From Bdellovibrionales bacterium (GTDB taxonomy: Bacteria > Bdellovibrionota > Bdellovibrionia > Bdellovibrionales > UBA1609): a stretch of 32,000 nt of DNA. Where the stretch lies: assembly GCA_963692945.1 (NCBI GenBank), contig OY843585.1:30001-62000 (forward strand), in the 5' to 3' direction. Below are positions 8,568 through 15,296 of this stretch, in pieces. The notes beneath the pieces were generated by a model. That model ran no database searches. It saw only the letters and a program-made list of their open reading frames with translations, and was not told where the DNA came from. Both the position numbers and the translations under genes were made by a program. Within the stretch, counting starts at the first letter, position 1. Each line of letters begins with the position of its first letter.

Positions 8568-11021
8568 TCAAAATGGAGAACCTATACCAAATTGTAGTTC
8601 TATATTGTTTTCTCCATACTCTTTTTTAGGTTTATAAGGAATCCCTAGATCTATATTTATAGGACCAAAAGGTGATCTCCAACGAACACCAAATCCCACA
8701 TTGATTTTTAATTGATCTTCAATATCAAATTTTAAGACATTATTCACTTCACCTATATCAAGAAATACAGCCCCTTTTAATTCAGCCTTTTGAATAAGAG
8801 GAAACTCTAACTCTAAACTATAATAAATCATTTTCTCTCCACCATAAGGTCTTTCAGCAAAGAATTTCGGATTTTCTAAACCTTCTTTTTGAGCATAATT
8901 GAAGGCTTGTTGAGAAAACCGACGAGGACCAATTGTGTTCATCCGGTAACCCCTTAAATTGTAAGAACCTCCCAATAAAAATAATTCTGTAAAAGGAACT
9001 TTTTTATTTTCTGAATTAGAAAAAACCCAACCCAATTGAAAACTATTTTTTAAAACAATTTTCCAAAAAAGAGGCTTATAATGACGAGATTTCCCTTCTA
9101 TTTTTGTATATTTAAAATCTCCACCTAAGCCTGAATGCTCTAAAGACATCCGACCATAATAACCTTCGGTAGGATAATAGTTATCGTTTATTCTTTTGTA
9201 TTCTAAAATTCCTGTGAGAGAGCTATTTAAACCATTACCCTCTTCTAAAGGATAGATATCACTAAAAATTGTAGAAACATCTCCTTGTTCATCTCCAGAA
9301 GGTTGATCCCCAAATAAAAAAGTAAACACACCACCTACCATAGGTAGTTTTCTCAAAAATAAAATAGGTTCGTTTGAAAGAGATTGTTGCTGTAAACGAT
9401 ATTTTAAAAAGAGGCTCAAAAAAGAAGATAAGTGACGTCCGAAAGAAACAGAAAAACCAACATTAGATTGCGAGTAAGAATAACTTCTTTGAGAGTTAAT
9501 GTTTGTGCCAAAAGATTGATTATTAAATAAATCTTGTCCAAAATTAAAAAGATCAAATCCAAAACTCCAATCTGTATCAAAAAGATATGGATTTGAATAA
9601 GCGAAATTGAATAGTTCCTGATAACGATTAAAATTGACTTGGAAAGAAATAGATTGATCTAAGCCTAGAAAGTTATTTTTCTGAACTTTACCTCTAATAA
9701 GAAGCCCTGAATAACCATCATATCCACCAGCAAGTTGAGCCTCTCCTGTGGTTTCCCTCTCTTTCAAATTAACATGCATATCAAGCAAACCTTTCTTATC
9801 TGATTTGACAGCATCCAAACGAACCTCTTCAAAAAAACCAAGCTGTTGAAGTAACTGTGTGGTTAAATCCTTTTTAGATTCTTGATAAAGAGTTCCTTCT
9901 CTCAAAAACAATCTTCTTAAAATGACTTTATCCCTCGTCTTATAATTTCCTTTCAGAAACACTCTATCTATTTTATAAGATTTCTCCTTATTAACACTCA
10001 AAAGAATATGCACCACAGATTCTCCAGACGGATCAGGATAAAATTTTGGAATAGCTTCTGCAAAAATATAACCTTTGTTTTTGTATAAAAGTTTCAAAGA
10101 GTTTAAATCTTTCTGGAAAGCACTTAAAGAAAAGTAATTTCCCTTTTTTAAATTGAGATGAGATAGAGCTTTTTCTTTAGAAACTAGATTATCCTCTTTA
10201 AAATTAATTTCTCCAACTTTAAAACGAGGCCCCTCTACAATGGTAAAATTGATATAAATACCTTTTTGATCGGAGCTGATGGATATCTCCGGCTTTTCTA
10301 AACGAACATTAAGATAGCCTTTATCTCTATAAATGTATTCAATGAAAGCCATATCCCTATTTAAATTTTCTGGATTATAAACTCCAGAACTCCCTAGAAA
10401 ACTTAATATATTTTGTTCTTTTGTAAGCATATAAGATTTTAAACTTCTAGAAGAGAGATTACGATTTCCAATAAAATTAATTTTCTTAATGAGTACTTTT
10501 TCTTTTTCTGTAATATCAATTGTGAGTTTCAGTTTTAAACTTTTAGCAATAGGAGAAAACTTATGGGAAACTTTTACAAAGAAATAACCTTTTTCTTTGT
10601 ATTTATCTTTAATAGCGGAAAAAGTTTTATAAAGTTCATCAAAATTAAGAAAATGATTTGGTTTCACTTTGGAAAGTTCTTTTAAATCTTCTGAACTGAC
10701 ATGTTCATTCCCTTTAAACTCAACCTCATCCAGAAAAGGTCTCTCTTTAATCTTATAAACAACATGAATCCCTCTTTCTGATTTATAGGTATGAACTTCT
10801 ATAGAATCAAAAAACCCTATAGCAAATAAATCCTTAACATCTTGTTTGGCCTTTAAAGAGCTATAATGCTTTTTAACTTTTAAACGCAAGTGAGACCTTA
10901 TTAGACTCTCTTCTATAAACTTATGGCCCTTAATAGTGATTTTATAAACCTTCACTCCATAAGAAAAAGAAGAATAAAAGCTTAAAACTGTAAAAAATAA
11001 AATCAATTTAGCTATTTTCAA
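8568..11021 (-). CDS. bamA: Outer-membrane protein assembly factor BamA
   Basis: 817 aa with a signal peptide, repeated POTRA-like modules (I.I.GN..v....l), and a C-terminal beta-barrel carrying the RGY motif (YNLRGYRMN) and the terminal ...ELQFGIGSPF. Confidence 0.92.
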   Translation of the reverse strand: MKIAKLILFFTVLSFYSSFSYGVKVYKITIKGHKFIEESLIRSHLRLKVKKHYSSLKAKQDVKDLFAIGFFDSIEVHTYKSERGIHVVYKIKERPFLDEVEFKGNEHVSSEDLKELSKVKPNHFLNFDELYKTFSAIKDKYKEKGYFFVKVSHKFSPIAKSLKLKLTIDITEKEKVLIKKINFIGNRNLSSRSLKSYMLTKEQNILSFLGSSGVYNPENLNRDMAFIEYIYRDKGYLNVRLEKPEISISSDQKGIYINFTIVEGPRFKVGEINFKEDNLVSKEKALSHLNLKKGNYFSLSAFQKDLNSLKLLYKNKGYIFAEAIPKFYPDPSGESVVHILLSVNKEKSYKIDRVFLKGNYKTRDKVILRRLFLREGTLYQESKKDLTTQLLQQLGFFEEVRLDAVKSDKKGLLDMHVNLKERETTGEAQLAGGYDGYSGLLIRGKVQKNNFLGLDQSISFQVNFNRYQELFNFAYSNPYLFDTDWSFGFDLFNFGQDLFNNQSFGTNINSQRSYSYSQSNVGFSVSFGRHLSSFLSLFLKYRLQQQSLSNEPILFLRKLPMVGGVFTFLFGDQPSGDEQGDVSTIFSDIYPLEEGNGLNSSLTGILEYKRINDNYYPTEGYYGRMSLEHSGLGGDFKYTKIEGKSRHYKPLFWKIVLKNSFQLGWVFSNSENKKVPFTELFLLGGSYNLRGYRMNTIGPRRFSQQAFNYAQKEGLENPKFFAERPYGGEKMIYYSLELEFPLIQKAELKGAVFLDIGEVNNVLKFDIEDQLKINVGFGVRWRSPFGPINIDLGIPYKPKKEYGENNIELQFGIGSPF

Positions 11022-11085
11022 ATTCTTACCACCCCATAGTTACTTTCATCTTCTCAACAAGAAAACTGTTAAGAAAAAATGTTTA

Positions 11086-11778
11086 TTACATCATGTTAAT
11101 ATCTCTAATTTTACCTTCTTCTAATTTCAAAATTGTAGAAAAAGCCTCAGCAAAAAAAGTATCATGACTTACAGCTATTAAAGTTAAAGCAAATTTCTCA
11201 TGAAGGTTAAACAATAAATCTCTTATAAACTTAGCGTTATCCCTATCTAAGTTCCCTACAGGCTCATCGGCTAAAAGAATCTCTGGCTCATTCATTAAAG
11301 CTCTAGCAATAGCAACCCTTTGCTGTTCACCTCCACTGAGTTCAGAAGGGTAATGTTTTTGTCTCTGACTCAAACCCAACGTATCCATTAAAAAGTGAGC
11401 TCTTTTTAAAGAAACTTTATGTGGGGTTTTGGCTAAATAACTGGGAACCATAATATTTTCTAAAGTAGTGAATTCATTCAAAAGATGATGAAATTGGAAT
11501 ACAAAGCCCAACCTACTCCTTCTTAAAAAAGCAAGTTGATCTTCTGAAAACTCCAATAAATCTCTCCCTCTATAAAGCATTTGTCCCGATGTTGCCTGAT
11601 CTAAGGTTCCCATAATATGCAACAAAGTGCTTTTCCCTGAACCAGAAGGGCCTGTAATACAAATGGCTTGACCTTTTTGAACTTGAAGATTCAAACCTTT
11701 TAAAATAGGCAGTGTGTGAGAGCCATGTTGGTAGTTTTTGACTATGTTTTTTAACTCGTAAATATTTTCTCTAGACAT
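11086..11778 (-). CDS. lolD: Lipoprotein-releasing ABC transporter ATP-binding protein LolD
   Basis: Walker A GPSGSGKST, Q-loop, ABC signature LSGGEQQRVAIARAL, Walker B ILLADEP, and H-loop SHD. The track ORF starts at a TTG (11814). I prefer the ATG at 11776-11778 (MSRENIYELKNIVKNY), which has AGGAAA 5-6 nt upstream. Confidence 0.85.
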   Translation of the reverse strand: MSRENIYELKNIVKNYQHGSHTLPILKGLNLQVQKGQAICITGPSGSGKSTLLHIMGTLDQATSGQMLYRGRDLLEFSEDQLAFLRRSRLGFVFQFHHLLNEFTTLENIMVPSYLAKTPHKVSLKRAHFLMDTLGLSQRQKHYPSELSGGEQQRVAIARALMNEPEILLADEPVGNLDRDNAKFIRDLLFNLHEKFALTLIAVSHDTFFAEAFSTILKLEEGKIRDINMM

Positions 11779-11881
11779 AACATTTCCTATATCTTGTTTT
11801 GCCAGTTTTTCCAATAAAATATTGAATTTAAATTCTAAAAAAGACAGAGACTGTTACTAGTATTCCATTTTGAAAAAATCA

Positions 11882-12568
11882 CTAACCTAATAAATCACAG
11901 CCTAAAAAATTTCTTTTAGTTTGGAGGCAAGATTCCAAAACGGAAAAACTACCACTTGCTGGGTCAATAACAACATCTTCTTGTTCAGTAACTGCTTCAA
12001 TAAGTTTCATTTGTAACGCTAAAGGTTTTTGATGAGTGTGTTCTTTTTTTGAAATTTTTTCAAACCAAACATCTGGTATATTATGAATAGTCCAAACCCC
12101 TCTTGCTCTCTTCGGTTTTTTTTGTAAAATCAGTAAGTATTCACATTGTCTTCTTGTTCTATAGCCCATTCCAAATTTACCTTTATCCCAAGTTATCATA
12201 TCCACAATCTCTAAATCGGTCTGTTTGAACCAAGAACCTACACCTTCACATAAATGAAATTTATCAATCCATAAAAAAAGATGACCTGAAGATTGTAAGA
12301 CTCTACTGATCTCCTCTAAAAAAAACCCTATCTCCTCTTCAGACATTTGTTGTAAAGCAGACCTTTTCATTCCTCGTTTTTTTCCCTCATTGCCATAACT
12401 CATTTTATCTAAAACTCCTCTATACTGAGGATCAAAAAAACAAGCTGAAACGAATTGATCTTCCAAACAAGAAAGAAAAGTCAAACCTTCCATTTGAATT
12501 CTTGTATTGTATTTTATATTTTCAAGATTGTACTCTGTAAAAGATAAATCTAATAAATGAGATTCCAT
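11882..12568 (-). CDS. Orphan beta-class (N6-adenine or N4-cytosine) DNA methyltransferase
   Basis: Motif IV-like FFDPQYRG comes first and the motif I region [36 protein letters not shown] comes last, which is the circular permutation of the N6_N4_Mtase family. No restriction endonuclease gene is adjacent. I prefer the ATG at 12566-12568 (SD AAGGA with a 7-nt spacer) over the track TTG at 12574. Confidence 0.7.
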   Translation of the reverse strand: MESHLLDLSFTEYNLENIKYNTRIQMEGLTFLSCLEDQFVSACFFDPQYRGVLDKMSYGNEGKKRGMKRSALQQMSEEEIGFFLEEISRVLQSSGHLFLWIDKFHLCEGVGSWFKQTDLEIVDMITWDKGKFGMGYRTRRQCEYLLILQKKPKRARGVWTIHNIPDVWFEKISKKEHTHQKPLALQMKLIEAVTEQEDVVIDPASGSFSVLESCLQTKRNFLGCDLLG

Positions 12569-12780
12569 TCTCAATCCTTTTTAGAAAGTTTTATAGACTC
12601 AGGCTAAGAGATATAAGAGTCTCTGTAAAATTTTTATCGTCAATTCACAAGACAAAAGACTCGTTTTCAAGAAATAAAAAATCCTACATGTTGGCATCTA
12701 CAAAGTCTGGAGTTGCTGAAAGCAAGGTGTTTTCTATTTTTTATCACCGAAAATGATTCAAGAAAAGAAATTTCACTGGA

Positions 12781-15099
12781 TTATGTAGCATCTTCTTCAA
12801 GATTTTCTATTCTTTTTATAAGAGAGTTTAGATTCTGGTTCAGCTGTTTATTGTCTTTTTTGAAAGATTGGTTTTCTTTCTTTAAAGAAGATAGTCCTCT
12901 TTCTAATTTTTTGTTTGCAGATATTAATTTTTTCTCTGTTTGAAGTTGAGTCTTTTTTAGTTTTGTCATTTCTTTTGTAATAAAAGCGATGGATTTTGTA
13001 AGAGTAATTACAGACTCCTTAATAGAGGTTAGAGATTTTACCGTAAAGATGTAAAACTCTTTAAAAGATTTTATAATAATAGGAATAAATCCTTGAATGT
13101 TTAAATTTAAAGTTTTCTCTTTATCTGAATTTTCCGACACCAATTCTGGATATTGTTTTTGAACCTCTTGAGCAATAAAACCAATCTGTTTTGTCTGAGC
13201 TCTATTCTTGTCTCTCCAAAAGAAAGTTTTAGGATTTAATTTCAAAATGGAACCAAGTTGTTTTTTTAAATTTTTAATCTTGGTTTTAAGTCGGCGATCA
13301 GATGCTGGACATCCAAATCTTCCATTGGCATCTGCTCGAATATTACAACTTCTAACAGATGACACAACTAAATCTCCATCAATAGCAATAGATTGTCTTT
13401 TTGATGGTTTCCCTATAATCAAATCCCCATCAATGGTGACCGATTTTGTTCCTGACATATTCCCTTTAATCAAACCACCAATATCCAATTTGTAACTTTC
13501 ACTCCCGCAACCGAAAGATTGACAACCAGATCGGTATCCAATAGCAATATTATAATTTCCTGTTGTGTTAGAAGAACTAGCACTATCTCCGATGAGATTA
13601 TTGTGAATTCCAACTGTGTTTTGATAACCTGCTTTAGGCCCCATGAAGTTATTGTGACCTCCAGTGGTGTTTCTATAACCAGATAGACGCCCGATGAAGT
13701 TATTAAAATTTCCTGTTGTGTTTTTATAACCAGAAAGATTCCCTATGAAATTATTATTGTGTCCAGCCGTGTTGGCAAAACCAGACTGATATCCAATGAA
13801 GTTGTTGTAAGCTCCATTTGTATTTCTATAACCAGCACTATTCCCTATGAAATTATTATTGCGTCCAGCCGTGTTGGCAAAACCAGACTGATATCCAATG
13901 AAGTTGTTGTAAGTTCCATTTGTATTTCTATAACCAGCACTATTCCCTATGAAATTATTATTGTGCCCAGCTGTATTGGCAAAACCGGACTGATATCCAA
14001 TGAAGTTGTTGTAAGTTCCATTTGTATTTCTATAACCAGCATTATCCCCTATAAAGTTATTACGACTTCCAGTTACATTGTGATAACCAGATCCATAACC
14101 GATGAAGTTGTTGTAATATCCACCTGTGTTTTTATAACCAGACTGATATCCAATGAAAGTGTTCTTGTATCCTGTTGTATTTGAACGACCTGCTTGATAA
14201 CCAAAAAAAGTATTTTCTGAACCTGTTGTTAATTTCCCAGCTTCAAAACCAAAAGCGGTGTGTTTATTTACATTTACATCTATTGTTCCTCCACAACCAA
14301 CTAAACTGAATTCACCAGTAGAAGCATCTGTCACTTTATAACATTCTGGATCTCCACTTCCTCCTCCATCAAGAGCTACAGAACCACAAACATCTCCTGC
14401 ATAAGTTAAAGGGGTTGTATCTGCAATTATTAAATCAACAATCTCCTTTTCTTTTTGTATTTTTACTGCGGCTGTTAGATTGCTTAATGCTTTATAGTCC
14501 GTTATCTTTGTTTGTATATTTGCAGGAAGACCAGACTTCCCATCTGCTTTATCAATAATCTCTCCATAAAAAAGAGAACAACATTGAGAGGCTTTCACTG
14601 GAACTTTAAAATCCCAATTTGAATCCAAAGTCCCTACCCCTTTTAAGTAAATGATTTTAGGTTTTTTATCTGCTGGCACTCCTGTTTGACAATCTAGCAA
14701 CTCTGAGTCTGTTATGGCTGTGCAATCTCTAGATGCAAATGTAAAACCTGAAGGCTTGTTACTTATGTTATCATTTAAAATTTGCAAACATTTTTTATTA
14801 TTATCCATATTCTTTGAATTGTCTTCATTCGCAAATCTATCTACAATAGATTGAATCTGCATCACTTTCCAAAGTTCACTATTGGACTCTCTTAATTTCT
14901 TTTGGGCCGTGGATTGATGAACAATAGATGTTCCCACTCCTAAAATAACTATAGTTCCTATTACTGATGCAATAACAACACTAACAATAGCAGAACCTTT
15001 TCTATTTAATAAGGGATTAAATTTTTTAAGAAAACTTTTTGTGAGATGGATTAGGAGTTTTCTTTCTAGATTTAATATTCTTTTCATAGATAATTTCAT
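12781..15099 (-). CDS. Membrane-anchored, phage-tail-fibre-like trimeric fibre protein with a C-terminal peptidase-S74 intramolecular chaperone domain
   Basis: 772 aa. Residues 1-35 form a basic leader ending in RKG. Residues 36-60 are a hydrophobic helix, SAIVSVVIASVIGTIVILGVGTSIV. Residues 100-270 contain 8 Cys. Residues 281-536 hold about 15 copies of the 17-aa repeat NNFIGxxxGxxNTxGxx. Residues 600-685 read SDRRLKTKIKNL...LNPKTFFWRD...QIGFIAQEVQKQYPELV, a peptidase S74 / endosialidase-chaperone signature. Residues 690-772 are a K/E/L/N heptad-rich coiled coil. SD AAGGA lies 5 nt before the ATG. Confidence 0.85.
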   Translation of the reverse strand: MKLSMKRILNLERKLLIHLTKSFLKKFNPLLNRKGSAIVSVVIASVIGTIVILGVGTSIVHQSTAQKKLRESNSELWKVMQIQSIVDRFANEDNSKNMDNNKKCLQILNDNISNKPSGFTFASRDCTAITDSELLDCQTGVPADKKPKIIYLKGVGTLDSNWDFKVPVKASQCCSLFYGEIIDKADGKSGLPANIQTKITDYKALSNLTAAVKIQKEKEIVDLIIADTTPLTYAGDVCGSVALDGGGSGDPECYKVTDASTGEFSLVGCGGTIDVNVNKHTAFGFEAGKLTTGSENTFFGYQAGRSNTTGYKNTFIGYQSGYKNTGGYYNNFIGYGSGYHNVTGSRNNFIGDNAGYRNTNGTYNNFIGYQSGFANTAGHNNNFIGNSAGYRNTNGTYNNFIGYQSGFANTAGRNNNFIGNSAGYRNTNGAYNNFIGYQSGFANTAGHNNNFIGNLSGYKNTTGNFNNFIGRLSGYRNTTGGHNNFMGPKAGYQNTVGIHNNLIGDSASSSNTTGNYNIAIGYRSGCQSFGCGSESYKLDIGGLIKGNMSGTKSVTIDGDLIIGKPSKRQSIAIDGDLVVSSVRSCNIRADANGRFGCPASDRRLKTKIKNLKKQLGSILKLNPKTFFWRDKNRAQTKQIGFIAQEVQKQYPELVSENSDKEKTLNLNIQGFIPIIIKSFKEFYIFTVKSLTSIKESVITLTKSIAFITKEMTKLKKTQLQTEKKLISANKKLERGLSSLKKENQSFKKDNKQLNQNLNSLIKRIENLEEDAT
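13030..13302 (-). other. Peptidase S74 (intramolecular chaperone auto-processing) domain of the fibre protein
   Basis: The S600-D601-R-R-L-K-T-K-I motif is followed by LNPKTFFWRD, IGFIAQEV and YPELV. This matches the conserved layout of endosialidase and tail-fibre C-terminal chaperone domains. Confidence 0.8.
13494..14259 (-). repeat. Coding array of about 15 tandem 51-bp (17-aa) units, consensus NNFIGYxSGYxNTxGxx
   Basis: Read directly from the translated protein, aa 281-536. The units begin TAFGFEAGKLTTGSE, NTFFGYQAGRSNTTGYK, NTFIGYQSGYKNTGGYY, NNFIGYGSGYHNVTGSR and continue to NIAIGYRSGCQSFGCGS. Confidence 0.9.
13761..14066 (-). repeat. Three tandem copies of a 102-bp (34-codon, two-unit) higher-order repeat
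   Basis: Copy 1 (13761-13862) and copy 2 (13863-13964) differ at 2 of 102 positions. Copy 3 (13965-14066) is roughly 88% identical to copy 2. The period is a multiple of 3. Confidence 0.9.
14920..14994 (-). other. Hydrophobic N-terminal anchor of the fibre protein, PilX_N/pseudopilin-like
   Basis: RKG|SAIVSVVIASVIGTIVILGVGTSIVHQSTAQKKL has a Gly before a ~25-residue hydrophobic helix followed by a polar Q-rich stretch. From memory this resembles PilX-type minor pilin N-termini (no Glu at +5). It could equally be a plain signal-anchor. Confidence 0.35.
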
Positions 15100-15296
15100 G
15101 TGTATCCTTAATTATAAATGCAAATTCTATAATATCAATAGGCCTAGAAAGACATTCTCATTTTGAGACATTTTATTTTAACAATATCTAACTTATTAGC
15201 TCTATAAAAAAAATCTCATTTTTAAGATTTTCCAAGAACTGATTCTCATTTCTATTTGTATGGAAACAAAAACATCTTCCTAACTTAAATTTTTTT

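Noticed and set aside
11821-11829. attgaattt occurring near both island borders (11821-11829 and 17681-17689) as possible att or target-site duplication
   Set aside because: A 9-bp A/T-only match is expected by chance in this composition, and similar strings occur elsewhere (for example near 1183). There is no integrase or tRNA to support it.
12713-12943. 76-aa plus-strand ORF overlapping the 3' end of the fibre gene
   Set aside because: It is antisense to the coiled-coil-coding region, with an F/S/L-rich low-complexity translation and no SD. It is probably a shadow ORF.
13208-13495. 95-aa plus-strand ORF
   Set aside because: It is antisense to the S74 domain region of the fibre gene, and the minus frame carries the recognisable motif.
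13759-14184. 141-aa plus-strand ORF with its own internal repeats (SSRVGKTRLISNEVVVSSICISITSTIPYEIII x3)
   Set aside because: It is the antisense shadow of the 102-bp coding repeats of the fibre gene. The minus-strand frame has clear domain structure and continuity over 772 codons, and the plus frame has no start context or SD.
13494-14259. Possible CRISPR-like or non-coding tandem array
   Set aside because: The units are contiguous with no spacers, have a period of 51/102 bp, and are in frame within a long ORF encoding a conserved amino-acid repeat.
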